In this document: piece after piece, positions 1 to 10,185 of the stretch
Numbering within the stretch: position 1 is the stretch's first letter
Layout of the letters: every line of letters begins with the position of its first letter
From: Acidobacteriota bacterium
Lineage (GTDB): Bacteria; Acidobacteriota; UBA4820; DSQY01
Assembly (NCBI GenBank): GCA_049967655.1
Contig: JBMFSH010000001.1
Coordinates: 32,001 to 96,000, forward strand
DNA: 64,000 nt
Direction of reading: 5' to 3'
Program-made: the position numbers and the translations under genes
Notes under the pieces: generated by a model
Seen by the model: the letters and a program-made list of their open reading frames with translations, nothing else
Databases searched by the model: none
What the model was told of the DNA's origin: nothing

Positions 1-48
1 ATCCATATTTTCCCCCCGCCGCCATTTTAGCGCAAGTAGGCCATCCCC

Positions 49-77
49 TTGCATTTCCTTCCGTTCTTGGGTATCAT
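49..77 (+). promoter_or_regulatory. putative sigma70 promoter of acpP-fabF
   Basis: TTGCAT-N17-TATCAT, upstream of GGAGGAG RBS and ATG at 109. Confidence 0.55.
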
Positions 78-108
78 CCATCCCTCATGCTTGTGGAGGA
101 GCAATCGC

Positions 109-345
109 ATGAACGTTGAAGAGAAGGTCATCAGCATCATTGCCGACCAGCTGAGCGTGGACGAATCCGAAGTCAAGCCGGAGGCCTCTTTCATCAATGA
201 CCTCGGCGCGGACTCCCTGGATACGGTGGAGCTCATCATGGCCCTGGAGGAGGAGTTCGGCATCGAGATCTCCGACGAGGAAGCCGAGAAGATCCAAACG
301 GTCCAGGCCGCCATCGATTACATCAAGGCCCACGTCGACAAATAG
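109..345 (+). CDS. acpP: acyl carrier protein
   Basis: [12 protein letters not shown] phosphopantetheine motif; acidic 78 aa; start moved to ATG 109 after RBS. Confidence 0.97.
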   Translation: MNVEEKVISIIADQLSVDESEVKPEASFINDLGADSLDTVELIMALEEEFGIEISDEEAEKIQTVQAAIDYIKAHVDK

Positions 346-357
346 GCGGGTGATCCG

Positions 358-1605
358 GTGAAGCGCCGCGTCGTTGTTACGGGGGTGGGTGTTGTGTCTC
401 CGCTCGGTCTCACCGCCGAGGAGACATGGCGTCGAAGTGTAAAAGGCGAAAGCGGCATCGGTCCCATCACCCTCTTTGACGCCTCCTCTTATCCGGTCCG
501 CATCGCGGGCGAGACCAAGGGCTTCGATCCCTTGAACTACATGGATAAGAAGGATGCCCGGAAGATGGACCGCTTCATCCAGTTCGCCTGCGCGGCGGCG
601 GCCGAGGCCGTGGACCGGAGCGGCCTGGCCGTCACGCCGGAGAACGCGGAGCGGGTGGGTGTCGCGGTGGGTAGCGGGATCGGCGGGCTCTCCCTGCTCG
701 AGGAGCAGCACAAGATCCTCCTGGAGCGGGGCCCGGGGCGCATCAGCCCCTTCTTCATCCCCGGTATGATCATCAACATGGCCAGCGGCCAGATCTCCAT
801 CCGGTACGGGGCCAAGGGACCGAACATCGCCACCGTGTCGGCGTGCTCCACGGCCTCCCACGCCATCGGCGAGGCAGCCCGATACATTCAGCGGGGCGAG
901 GCGGACGCCATGATCTGCGGTGGGGCCGAGGCCGCCGTCAGTCCGCTGGCGGTGGCCGGGTTTGCGGCTATGCGGGCTCTTTCCACGAGGAACGAGGAGC
1001 CGACGAGAGCCTCAAGGCCCTACGACCAGGACAGGGACGGCTTCGTCATGGGAGAGGGGGCGGGCGTGCTTATCCTGGAGGCGATCGAGCACGCCCAGGC
1101 TCGCGGCGCCCAGATCTTGGCCGAGGTCTCGGGATACGGCCTTTCGGGAGACGCCTATCACATCAGCGCGCCTTCGGAGGACGGGGACGGCCCCACGCGG
1201 GTCATGCTCAACGCCATCCGGGACGCCGGGCTCAACCCCTCGGACATTCAGTACATCAACGCTCACGGGACCGCGACCCCCGTGGGCGACAAGGTGGAGA
1301 CGCTCGCCATCAAGCGCGCCTTCGGAGACCATGCCGGCCGCCTCTGCGTCTCCTCCACCAAAAGCATGACGGGCCACCTCCTGGGCGCGGCGGGGGGACT
1401 TGAAGCGGTCCTGACCATTCTGGCGATCCGCGACCAGGTGGCCCCGCCCACCATCAACCTCGAGAAGCGGGACCCGGAGTGCGACCTGGACTACGTGCCC
1501 AACACGGCGCGGCCCATGGAGATCATCCACGCGCTGTCCAACTCCTTCGGCTTCGGGGGCACCAACGCCTCCCTCCTGTTGTCGCGGTACGCCGCGGGGG
1601 CATAA
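358..1605 (+). CDS. fabF: 3-oxoacyl-ACP synthase II
   Basis: RRVVVTG start, SACST catalytic Cys, NAHGT, KSMTGHLLGAAG, SNSFGFGG. Confidence 0.97.
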   Translation: MKRRVVVTGVGVVSPLGLTAEETWRRSVKGESGIGPITLFDASSYPVRIAGETKGFDPLNYMDKKDARKMDRFIQFACAAAAEAVDRSGLAVTPENAERVGVAVGSGIGGLSLLEEQHKILLERGPGRISPFFIPGMIINMASGQISIRYGAKGPNIATVSACSTASHAIGEAARYIQRGEADAMICGGAEAAVSPLAVAGFAAMRALSTRNEEPTRASRPYDQDRDGFVMGEGAGVLILEAIEHAQARGAQILAEVSGYGLSGDAYHISAPSEDGDGPTRVMLNAIRDAGLNPSDIQYINAHGTATPVGDKVETLAIKRAFGDHAGRLCVSSTKSMTGHLLGAAGGLEAVLTILAIRDQVAPPTINLEKRDPECDLDYVPNTARPMEIIHALSNSFGFGGTNASLLLSRYAAGA

Positions 1606-1747
1606 CCCACCACGCTGAAAAGGATCGCGGAGTGGGTGGCGAACGGGTTGCGCCTGTATGGTATAATCCCTGACTTGCGGTGCAAGCGAGTATTCACTAG
1701 CATGCGTGCCTCGGTTGCCTGTGCGGCGTTTGAAGAAGGAGGTTCCA

Positions 1748-2533
1748 ATGAACGTTCTGGTCTGTGTGAAGCACGTCCCCGACACGGAGACGCGGGTCAA
1801 GGTGAAGCCGGACGGCATGAGCCTTGACCTGGCTGAGGCCAACTGGGTGATCAATCCCTATGATGAGTTCGCCGTGGAGGAGGGCATCCGGCTCAAGGAG
1901 AAGCTCGGCGGCGAGGTGACCGCCCTCACGGTGGGTGACGAGGAGGCCACCAAGACCCTTCGCCAGGCCCTCGCCATGGGCGCCGACAAGGCCGTGCTGC
2001 TCTCCGACGCCGCATTCCAGGGCGGGGACGCCCTCGGCATCGCGCGGGTGCTGGCGGCCGCGGCCAAGAAGATCCCCTTCGACCTCATCCTCTGCGGCAA
2101 ACACGCCGTGGGCGACGACAACCAGCAGGTGGGCACCCTGGTGGCCCAGCTCCTGGGCATCCCCTGCGTGACGGTCGTGACCGGCCTCGAGTTCGACGGC
2201 CAGGCGGCCATCTGCAAACGAGAGATCGAAGGCGGTACGGAGGTCGTGAAGGCGACCCTGCCGGCGCTCATCACCTGCCAGAAGGGACTCAACGAGCCGC
2301 GCTATCCTTCTCTGAAGGGCATCATGGCGGCCAAAAAGAAGGAGGTTCTCAAGTGGGGCCTGGCGGACCTCGGTCTGGACGCTTCGACCGTAGGCGCCGC
2401 CGGTGCGGGGTTCCAGCTCAAGAAGCTGGAGCTTCCTCCACCCAGGCCGGAAGGGAAAGTCCTTGCGGGTGAGATTCCCGACCAGGTGAAGGAGCTGGTG
2501 CGCCTCCTTCGCGAAGAAGCCAAGGCGCTTTAG
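1748..2533 (+). CDS. etfB: electron transfer flavoprotein beta subunit
   Basis: VCVKHVPD, NPYDEFAVEE, ALAMGAD, LNEPRYPSL; start ATG 1748 after AAGGAGG. Confidence 0.95.
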   Translation: MNVLVCVKHVPDTETRVKVKPDGMSLDLAEANWVINPYDEFAVEEGIRLKEKLGGEVTALTVGDEEATKTLRQALAMGADKAVLLSDAAFQGGDALGIARVLAAAAKKIPFDLILCGKHAVGDDNQQVGTLVAQLLGIPCVTVVTGLEFDGQAAICKREIEGGTEVVKATLPALITCQKGLNEPRYPSLKGIMAAKKKEVLKWGLADLGLDASTVGAAGAGFQLKKLELPPPRPEGKVLAGEIPDQVKELVRLLREEAKAL

Positions 2534-2547
2534 GGAGGGAGGTTGTC

Positions 2548-3528
2548 ATGAAAATCCTCGTATTTGCGGAACAGCGCGACGGAAAATTGAAGAAGGCCTC
2601 CCTGGAAGCCATGTCGGTAGGCCGCGAGCTGGCGGACGCCACGGGCGGCGAGGCCGCCTCGGTGGTGCTGGGTCAGGGGATCTCGGGTTTGGCGGCCGAG
2701 CTGGGCAAGGTGGGCGCCGACAAGGTCTTCGTGGGAGACGATGCCCTCTTCGCGGCCTACAGCAACGACGCCTTCGGTCTGGCCGTGGGCAAGGCCGCAC
2801 AGGCATACGGGGCCGACTGCATCCTCTTCTCGGCCACGGCCATGGGAAAGGACCTCGCTCCGAAGGTGACCGCCCGCCTGGGGATAGGCCTCCTGTCTGA
2901 CGTGACGGCCTACTCCGTCGAGGGAGGCAGCCCCCTCTTCCGGCGGCCGATCTATGCCGGCAAGGCCTTCGCCACGCTGACGCCCGTGCCGGGCAAGCCT
3001 TTCGCCGTGACCCTGCGGCCCAACGTCTTCCCCGTGGGAGACAAAGCCAAGGCCGGTACGGTAGTTCCGTTGGATCACGGAGTCACGCCCGGCGACATCA
3101 AGTCGGTGGTCCAGCAGATTCTCACGGCGCAGGGCGGGCTCCTGGACGTGGCCGAAGCCAACATCATCGTGTCGGGCGGCCGCGGCATGAAGGGCCCGGA
3201 GAACTTCCCCATCCTCGAAGCGCTCGCCAAGGCGCTCGGCGGAGCGGTGGGCGCATCTCGCGCCGCCGTGGACTCGGGGTGGATTGGCCACGAGCACCAG
3301 GTGGGCCAGACGGGAAAGGTGGTCTCCCCCGGGCTCTACATCGCCTGCGGCATCTCCGGGGCGATCCAGCATCTGGCCGGCATGTCCAGCTCCAAGGTCA
3401 TCGTGGCGGTCAACAAGGACCCCGAGGCCCCCATCTTCAAGGTGGCCACCTACGGCATCGTGGGGGACCTCTTCGAGGTGGTGCCGCTCATGACCAAGGC
3501 GGTGGAGGAGCTGAAGGCCAAGGGCTGA
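2548..3528 (+). CDS. etfA: electron transfer flavoprotein alpha subunit
   Basis: [35 protein letters not shown]. Confidence 0.96.
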   Translation: MKILVFAEQRDGKLKKASLEAMSVGRELADATGGEAASVVLGQGISGLAAELGKVGADKVFVGDDALFAAYSNDAFGLAVGKAAQAYGADCILFSATAMGKDLAPKVTARLGIGLLSDVTAYSVEGGSPLFRRPIYAGKAFATLTPVPGKPFAVTLRPNVFPVGDKAKAGTVVPLDHGVTPGDIKSVVQQILTAQGGLLDVAEANIIVSGGRGMKGPENFPILEALAKALGGAVGASRAAVDSGWIGHEHQVGQTGKVVSPGLYIACGISGAIQHLAGMSSSKVIVAVNKDPEAPIFKVATYGIVGDLFEVVPLMTKAVEELKAKG

Positions 3529-3561
3529 AGCTGCGGGTTCGACCAGGTCAGAAATGGTTAA

Positions 3562-3591
3562 ACGACGGCCGTCCGCAGGGGCGGCCGTCGT
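3562..3591. terminator. stem-loop after etfA, possible terminator
   Basis: ACGACGGCCG...CGGCCGTCGT perfect 10-bp stem; no clear U-tract. Confidence 0.45.
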
Positions 3592-3695
3592 GCGTCTGGG
3601 AGGAGAGGTTCCCTCTCCGGGCCGGGAAACTGGCGGGGCGGCTCGGGAGGCCTACATTAGACCTGGAGGCCGGCCATGGGGCCGGCGAACGAACG

Positions 3696-4367
3696 ATGAA
3701 AGAAGTCCTGCTGATTTCCAAGGGGCACTTTGGCATTCCCTGGCGCGACACGGTCCTCTCCCGGACGGGGGTCAACGTCCGCGAAGCCGAGGACTATGAT
3801 TCGGCCTACCAGGTCATGCTCACCCAGCGCCCCGGTTTCTTCGTGGTGGACCACCGCCGCGGGGACGAGGAGCTGGCGCTCTTCCTCTGGCGGATACGCA
3901 CCTCGCTGTGGGATCCACCGCCCGTGGGCGTCTTGTTGACCGGCCGTGCGGATTCGGCGCTTCGCCGGCCCCCCGTGGCCGAGGTGCTCGGTCCTCCTCT
4001 CCGCTCCGGGGACTTCGGTCGGGTCATGGCGCGGCTCCTGGATCTTCCAACGCGAATCGAGAAGCGGCTCCTGGTGGCGGTGGACGTGATGGGAAGGACC
4101 TCGCGGGGTTCGACCCTCACCGGGACGACCGTGGATCTCTCTCCGGGCGGCATGCTTGTGTCGAGCCGGCAGCCCCTTCCTCTCGGGGAGCGCCCCCTGT
4201 GGACTTTCGGAGGCCCGGCGGGCCTGCGCGGACTGTCGGTACCCGGAACCGTTTTGGGGCCGCGAGGCCACGGAGGCGAGGCGCGGCGGATCTTTGCCGT
4301 CCGGTTCGATGCCGGGGCCGGAAACGCGATGGGGCGTCTTCGCAGTTTCCTGGAGTCCAGGGGATAG
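3696..4367 (+). CDS. PilZ domain protein with degenerate N-terminal receiver-like domain
   Basis: RIEKR (RxxxR) and DLSPGG (DxSxxG) c-di-GMP-binding motifs; start moved to ATG 3696. Confidence 0.75.
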   Translation: MKEVLLISKGHFGIPWRDTVLSRTGVNVREAEDYDSAYQVMLTQRPGFFVVDHRRGDEELALFLWRIRTSLWDPPPVGVLLTGRADSALRRPPVAEVLGPPLRSGDFGRVMARLLDLPTRIEKRLLVAVDVMGRTSRGSTLTGTTVDLSPGGMLVSSRQPLPLGERPLWTFGGPAGLRGLSVPGTVLGPRGHGGEARRIFAVRFDAGAGNAMGRLRSFLESRG

Positions 4368-4370
4368 GGG

Positions 4371-5963
4371 CTACCGGAGCGGAGGCGGCCCCTCCCTCCA
4401 GCGGACGCCCGAAAGGAAACCGAAGTCGCCGTCCGGAGGCAGGGAGATCCCCTCCAGTCCCGGCCTTGCCACGGCCACGTTGTCCGGCCACCAGAGGCTC
4501 ACGTAGGGCGGGTCCTGGGCCAAGACCTTCTGCACTTGCGCGTAGATCGACTTGCGCCTGGCCGGGTCCACCTCGCGCGCCCCCTCCTCCACCAGATGGT
4601 CCACCTCGCGGTTCGCGTACCGGCCCCGGTTGAACCCGTCGGGCGGCAGGGCCCACGAAGCGAAGCGCAGCCGGAAGGCGTCGGGATCCGTGATTCCCAC
4701 CCAGGTCAGCCCGAAGCCGTCGAAGTTTCCCCGTTTCACGTCCCCGTAGAAGGTGCCCCACTCCAGCCACTGGACCGTGACCGAGACGCCCACCCGGGCG
4801 AGATCCTGCGCCAGGGCCGTGGCGATCTGCCGGGAGAGCTTGTTGTCGGAGGTCTTGTAGACGAGTTTGAACCGGACGCCGTCGCTGGCGGGCGTCAGTC
4901 CGGCGGCATCCAGCAGCCGGCGGGCGCGGGCCGGGTCGAAGGGATACGACTTCACGTCCCCGCAGTAGGCCCAGTTCTCGGGGCTGAGCAGGCCCGTGGC
5001 TAGGCGGCCGTAGCCGTGCAGAATGTACGCGAGGATAGCCCGCCTGTCGATGGCGAAGGCGATGGCGCGCCGCACCTCGGGGCGGTCGAGGGGCGAGTGG
5101 GCGCAGTTGAAACCGACGTAGGCGTAGTTCGTGCCCGGGGACCTTCGGATCTCGTAGCCGTGGTTCGCGAAGTAGGCGAGCGAGTCGGGAGGAAGGTCGT
5201 TGACCACCAGGTCTACGCTGCCGCGGCGCAGTTCCAGAGAGCGGACGACGGGGTCGGGGATCACCTTGAAGGCCACGGTGTGGCAGGCCGGTTGCGGAGA
5301 GGCGTAGGGGTTGGCCTCGAACAGGAGCCATTGCCCCCTCTCCCACCGGGTCAGGCGGTAGGGGCCGCAGCCGATGGGAGGCGGGGAGCCGGGCGGATGA
5401 TCGTGCGACGGCGTCGCGCCCGAGACCGCGTCGGCGGGGAGAATGCCCACCGTGAGGGCCGAGAGGAAGGCCGCCCTGGGCTCGCGCAGGGTGATGTCCA
5501 GCCGGTACCTTCCGGGCGCCGAGAGGGAGGCGATGCAGTCCAGGTCTCCCTTGCGGAAGGAGGGAAGGGCCGGGTCCAGGATCGATCGCAGGGTGACGAG
5601 AGCGTCCTGCGAGGTGACCTCTCGCCCATCCGAAAAGCGCATGCCGGGCCTCAGGTGGAAGAGGTAGTGCGTGGCATCGGGCTGCTCCCAGGATTCCACC
5701 AGGTCCGGCACGGGGCGGAGCCCCTCCCCCGTCTTGAACAGCCCTCGATAGAGGAGGTGGAAGGCGCGGTCCGCCGCCACGTCCGAGCCGATCCGCGGGT
5801 CCAGCGAGGCGGGCTCCGCCTCCACGCCCACGATCAGGTCGGCCCTGCGCTGCTCCCTCCCACAGCCGGCGGGGAGCAGCGCGAGGATGACCATCAGGAA
5901 TGAGGCGACGAGAGGATGACGAAGGAGGAAAGCGAGGGGCCGGTTCGGTGGCCTAGAGCTCAT
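4371..5963 (-). CDS. ABC transporter substrate-binding lipoprotein, peptide/nickel (OppA/DppA) family
   Basis: lipobox PAGC, EPASLDPR, PDLVESW, FSDG, GCGPY, VRRAIAFAIDR. Confidence 0.9.
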   Translation of the reverse strand: MSSRPPNRPLAFLLRHPLVASFLMVILALLPAGCGREQRRADLIVGVEAEPASLDPRIGSDVAADRAFHLLYRGLFKTGEGLRPVPDLVESWEQPDATHYLFHLRPGMRFSDGREVTSQDALVTLRSILDPALPSFRKGDLDCIASLSAPGRYRLDITLREPRAAFLSALTVGILPADAVSGATPSHDHPPGSPPPIGCGPYRLTRWERGQWLLFEANPYASPQPACHTVAFKVIPDPVVRSLELRRGSVDLVVNDLPPDSLAYFANHGYEIRRSPGTNYAYVGFNCAHSPLDRPEVRRAIAFAIDRRAILAYILHGYGRLATGLLSPENWAYCGDVKSYPFDPARARRLLDAAGLTPASDGVRFKLVYKTSDNKLSRQIATALAQDLARVGVSVTVQWLEWGTFYGDVKRGNFDGFGLTWVGITDPDAFRLRFASWALPPDGFNRGRYANREVDHLVEEGAREVDPARRKSIYAQVQKVLAQDPPYVSLWWPDNVAVARPGLEGISLPPDGDFGFLSGVRWREGPPPLR

Positions 5964-7158
5964 GGTCCCAGGCTTGGATCCCCGGAGTGATGGAGCCCAG
6001 GACGACGGGCCGCTGTGCGCCGGTGGCCGAGGGCACGTTGCCCGCTCGCCCTCTCACCGTCTCGTTGGCCAGGAAGGCCATGAGCACGGCCTCCTTGGCC
6101 TTGTTGGGGATGGAGTAATCATCCGCCGTGGTGACCGCCAGCTTGGGCAGGGCCCTTCTCAGTCCCTCCATCAGCACCGGATTCTCGGCACCGCCTCCCG
6201 AGACGATGATCTCCTCGTACCGGACGTCTTGCAGGCAGTGCTCGAGGATGGCGGTGGTGATGGTCTGCACCGTGAAGGCGGCCAGCGTGGCCATTACATC
6301 GGCGGGCTGCAGAGAGGGAAAGTCCTGGAGGAGGGCTTTCAGGAAGGCGGGGCCGAACTCCCCCTTCTCCGCCGATTTGGGGGGAACCTTCTTGAGGAAG
6401 GGGTGTTCCAGAAGCCTCGCCAGAAGGGCCGGGTTGACTGCGCCGGAGGCCGCCATGGTCCCGTTCCGGTCAAACCCCTGGGCTCCCTGGGCGAAGTAGA
6501 TGACGGCGGCATCCATGAGAGAGTTGCCCGGCCCCGTGTCGAAGGCCGTCACTTGGGAGAGTTGGCCATCGGCTGGAATGGCCGTCACGTTGGCGATGCC
6601 TCCGATGTTGAGGGCGATCCGGCTGCGCGCATGGTGGCGGTAGAGCGCGTAGTCCAGGTAGGCCGCCAGCGGAGCCCCCTGCCCTCCCGCCGCCATGTCG
6701 CGGGAGCGGAAATCGGACACCACCGTGATGCCCGTCCGTTCGGCGATGATGGCGGGGTCGCCGATTTGCAGCGTGCCGCGGACGGAGAACCCGGGCATGG
6801 GGACGGATGTGGGCATGTGGTAGAGAGTCTGCCCGTGGGATCCGATGAGGTCCACGCTCAAGGGGTTTACGCCGCCCTTCTTGCAGATGTGCAGGGCGGC
6901 GTGGGCGAAGAGCTCTCCAAGATAGGCGTTCAGCAGGGTGATCTCCCCGGCGTCCCCGGCGCGCGCGCCCTGGCACTGAAGGATTCGGGCCCGCACTCCC
7001 GGCGAGAAGCGCAGGGTGTCGCTGACCATGAGCGAGAAAGAGGAGTCGGCCCCCTGGCCCTGAATGCCGACCAGCGCCGCATCGATCCCGTCCGCGGAGG
7101 TGCCGGACATGAGTCCTATGACGAGCCTTTCATCCTTTGCCGCGATGGTGTTCAGCAT
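5953..7158 (-). CDS. anmK: anhydro-N-acetylmuramic acid kinase
   Basis: GLMSGTSADGID, GSHGQT, DFRSRDMAAGGQGAPL, NIGGIAN, DTGPGN, KEA. Confidence 0.96.
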   Translation of the reverse strand: MLNTIAAKDERLVIGLMSGTSADGIDAALVGIQGQGADSSFSLMVSDTLRFSPGVRARILQCQGARAGDAGEITLLNAYLGELFAHAALHICKKGGVNPLSVDLIGSHGQTLYHMPTSVPMPGFSVRGTLQIGDPAIIAERTGITVVSDFRSRDMAAGGQGAPLAAYLDYALYRHHARSRIALNIGGIANVTAIPADGQLSQVTAFDTGPGNSLMDAAVIYFAQGAQGFDRNGTMAASGAVNPALLARLLEHPFLKKVPPKSAEKGEFGPAFLKALLQDFPSLQPADVMATLAAFTVQTITTAILEHCLQDVRYEEIIVSGGGAENPVLMEGLRRALPKLAVTTADDYSIPNKAKEAVLMAFLANETVRGRAGNVPSATGAQRPVVLGSITPGIQAWDHEL

Positions 7159-7301
7159 CCGCTTCTCCCTTTCCGATATCCTAGAAGAACCCAACCCCGC
7201 GCGCAAGCTGGATGGTGATCGCAAATCCCGCGATGAAAGCGGAACCGCTTGGTAGGAGCGGCGCCGAGCCGCGATCGTGCTGCCTCCTCCAAGGCTCCGC
7301 G

Positions 7302-7330
7302 TTGACACCATCTGGGACGCCGGTTAGCAT
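7302..7330 (+). promoter_or_regulatory. putative sigma70 promoter
   Basis: TTGACA-N17-TAGCAT upstream of GGAGG RBS and GTG 7351. Confidence 0.6.
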
Positions 7331-7350
7331 GGGCACAGTCGGAGGAAACC

Positions 7351-8700
7351 GTGCGCAAGGCGATACCCATCCAGGGCGATGGCTCCATCGTGGTTCCAAG
7401 GGAGCTCGTGGAGGAGGTGTTCGGCAAGGCGCGGGAGGCTGTGGTTCATCTGCGGTCGGGGTGTCTCGTCGTCTCTCCGGTCTACGTGGACATCGAGTCG
7501 GGACAAGTCCCTCAGCTGCTCGATCGCTTCCACCAGTTCGAATCCCTTACCGTGGTTCAGGAGGAGCACTTCCGCAAGGCCGAGCCCGAGCGGGAGGGCG
7601 TCCAGTTCGAGGGCGACCTCTCCGTGCTTGCCCTGAGCGACGTCTTCCTTTTCCTGTCGGCCAGCAAGAAGAGCGGCCTGCTCGTGGTGCAGGAGGAGGG
7701 ACAGCGCTGGGGCTTCTTCTTTCAGAACGGTAACCTGGTTTTTGCCACCGGGGACGACCCCAAGTCCGGCCTGACGGCCTATTTGCTCCAACGCCAGTTC
7801 CTGACCGAACAGGATCTGATCCAGGGCTCCAACCTCCTGGAGGACAAGCGGGGCACGCTCAAGGTCCTGCTGGAGATCTCGGGCCTGGGTCTCGAGGAGT
7901 TTCGGGAGCAGTGGATCCGGTGCGTAGAAGCTCTTATCTTCCGAGTGTTCGGGCTGGCCAAGGGGCGCTTCGGCTTTCAGAACGGGGAGGTCCAGTCGCC
8001 CTTCGTCCTGAACCTCCCCATGTCTACGACCAGCTATGTCATGGAGGCCACCCGGCGTCTGGACGAATGGGCGAGGGTGCAGGACCGCGTCCCGCCTCCC
8101 GACGCCGTGCTTGAGACGCCCGAGGACGTGACGGCCTCCACCAACGTCACCTTCGAAGAGGAGCAGGTGCTCGGCCAGATCACCGGTGCCCGTACGCTGC
8201 AGGAGGTGCTTCTCAGGGCCAAGGTGGGAGAGATGGAGGGCAAGAAGGCCGTGGCCTCGCTCATCGCGGCGGGCCTGGTGCGGGTCGTGAGGGAGACACC
8301 GGCGCCGGCCGCACCCGAGGCCGCCTCGGCCTCCCTCTCCGACGAGGAGCGGGCGCTCCTCATCCGGCGCCTGGAGAGCTACAACAGCGTCTTCTCGGCG
8401 ATCTTTCAGGCGCTCTCCATCGAGGTGGGCCGGAAGGTGGAGGTAATCCTGGGGGCCTTCTTCAAGGGGCTGGAAGCCGGGTCCTCCCTGCTCGCCGGCC
8501 TCAGCCTGACGGAGGAGGGGGTGCTGGCCGAGGAGCCCCTCATGTCCCGCCTGGCCGCGCTACCCGAGGAGCGCGAAAGCGCCTTGGTGCGTGAGCTGAA
8601 CGAGCTCCTCTACTTTCAGCTCTTCGCCGTCAAGAACACCCTGGGCCCCGACATGGAGGCCGGCATCGTGGAGATGGCCAAGACCCTGCTCCAGGGGTGA
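7351..8700 (+). CDS. DUF4388 (PATAN-like) domain protein with N-terminal AbrB-like segment
   Basis: FEGDLSVLALSDVFLFLSASKKSGLL...FFQNGNLVFA; MEATRRLDEW; paralogous to 45502-46605. Confidence 0.75.
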   Translation: MRKAIPIQGDGSIVVPRELVEEVFGKAREAVVHLRSGCLVVSPVYVDIESGQVPQLLDRFHQFESLTVVQEEHFRKAEPEREGVQFEGDLSVLALSDVFLFLSASKKSGLLVVQEEGQRWGFFFQNGNLVFATGDDPKSGLTAYLLQRQFLTEQDLIQGSNLLEDKRGTLKVLLEISGLGLEEFREQWIRCVEALIFRVFGLAKGRFGFQNGEVQSPFVLNLPMSTTSYVMEATRRLDEWARVQDRVPPPDAVLETPEDVTASTNVTFEEEQVLGQITGARTLQEVLLRAKVGEMEGKKAVASLIAAGLVRVVRETPAPAAPEAASASLSDEERALLIRRLESYNSVFSAIFQALSIEVGRKVEVILGAFFKGLEAGSSLLAGLSLTEEGVLAEEPLMSRLAALPEERESALVRELNELLYFQLFAVKNTLGPDMEAGIVEMAKTLLQG

Positions 8701-8791
8701 TGGGGATGAATGATGAAGTTCGAGCGCGGGAGATCACGTAGGCGATAACCGCCGGGACAAGCATCGCGCCATCCCCCTCCCTCATTCATCA

Positions 8792-9640
8792 TCAGTTAAC
8801 GGGCGGTGCCCCGCCTCGGCCGCCCCCCTCGGCACTGCCGCTTCCGCCGGGGGCGGCTTCCGCCTGAAACCAGGGCCTGAAGATGGCCTTGACCTTCCCG
8901 TCCGCCGTCCAGAAGAGGGCGGACTGGGGGCGGCCGAAGTGGTAGCCCTGGGCCATGGGCACATCCAGGGCCATGAGGGTCAGGAGCTCCTCGGGGGTCT
9001 CCACCCCTTCCGCCACGACCTGCCCGCCCAGTTTCTGGGCCATGGTCGCCACGCCCGCCACGAGAGCCTGCTTTCGTGCGGAACGCTGGATGCCCAGGAT
9101 GAAGGCTCGGTCGATCTTGATGAACTCCGGTTCGAACCACAGGAGGTGCTGAAGGCCCGAGAAGGCCTGACCGAAATCGTCGAGGGCGAAGCGGAAACCC
9201 CGCCGGCGCAGAGCGCGAAGGATTCTGGAGAGGGCGCGGGGATTGGGGGCCTTGGTCCTTTCGGAGATCTCGATCACCACAGCCTCCGGCGGGATGCCGC
9301 TGGAGTCGAGGAGATTCTCGAAGAGAGACTGCATCTTGCGGAGGTGGAGCAGGGTGCTGATGTGCACGTTGATGAAGAGGTCCCCCGCGGGAACCAGCAT
9401 GTGGCCCGATCGAAGGGAGGCCGCGATGCAGGCCGCGTCCAGCTCCTGGATGAGCCCGTCGGAGACGCGGCTGGAGGGGCCGAAGATCCAGCCGGGGTGG
9501 CTGAGCGGAGTGTCCTTCGGACCCCGCATCAGCGCCTCGTATCCCAGGATCCCGCCGTTCTGGAGATTGACGATGGGCTGGTAGGCCGTGGAGATGTACC
9601 CGTGCTTGAGAAGGTGTCGGACCTGGTCCTCGGTGGTCAT
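8792..9640 (-). CDS. stand-alone EAL domain protein (c-di-GMP phosphodiesterase family)
   Basis: YQPIV, YEALMR, FINV, EISE, LDDFG, IKIDR, AEGVET, QGYHFGRP. Confidence 0.92.
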   Translation of the reverse strand: MTTEDQVRHLLKHGYISTAYQPIVNLQNGGILGYEALMRGPKDTPLSHPGWIFGPSSRVSDGLIQELDAACIAASLRSGHMLVPAGDLFINVHISTLLHLRKMQSLFENLLDSSGIPPEAVVIEISERTKAPNPRALSRILRALRRRGFRFALDDFGQAFSGLQHLLWFEPEFIKIDRAFILGIQRSARKQALVAGVATMAQKLGGQVVAEGVETPEELLTLMALDVPMAQGYHFGRPQSALFWTADGKVKAIFRPWFQAEAAPGGSGSAEGGGRGGAPPVN

Positions 9641-9641
9641 C

Positions 9642-10031
9642 TCAACCTCCCGACAGAGCGTTGGGGACGCCAAGTTCACGGATGGCCTGGCTGAGCGTCG
9701 TCAGTTCGACGGGCTTTTCGAAGTAGTAGGCTGCCCCCAGCTCGAAGGCTTTTTGCATGACCGCCGGATCGCCGTATCCGGTCATGAGAATGGTATGGGT
9801 CTTCAGCCCCTTCTCCCGAATGAAGCGGAGCAGTTCAAGCCCTTCGGCATCCAGCGTCCCCTTGAGGCGGATGTCCGAGAGGAGCACCTGGATGCTCCCG
9901 GAATCGAGGATCTCGCGGGCGCTCTGGGCGTTCACGGCCGTCAGAACCTCGACGTCCTCCCTTTCCAAGAGCGTCTGAAGGCCGAAGACCGTGGCGCTCT
10001 CGTCATCTACGATCAGGATCTTGTAGCTCAT
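9642..10031 (-). CDS. single-domain response regulator
   Basis: ILIVDDE, LSDIRL, MTGYG, FEKP. Confidence 0.9.
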   Translation of the reverse strand: MSYKILIVDDESATVFGLQTLLEREDVEVLTAVNAQSAREILDSGSIQVLLSDIRLKGTLDAEGLELLRFIREKGLKTHTILMTGYGDPAVMQKAFELGAAYYFEKPVELTTLSQAIRELGVPNALSGG

Positions 10032-10061
10032 GGTGACCTCCCTCGGCGTCCACTTCAGCCG

Positions 10062-10077
10062 AGCAAGCCCTGTGCCA
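10062..10077 (-). promoter_or_regulatory. sigma54 (-24/-12) promoter of the receiver-EAL pair
   Basis: minus strand TGGCACAGGGCTTGCT matches TGGCAC-N5-TTGCW exactly, 30 bp upstream of the start at 10031. Confidence 0.85.
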
Positions 10078-10185
10078 ACATCCCCGGATCATGGCGACCC
10101 CTCCTCACCGACCTCTCGCCGAGCCTGGCGTCGATGCTGGATCGCGCTTCTGAGACGGGACGCCCAGGCTTGAGAAGCCAGGGCG

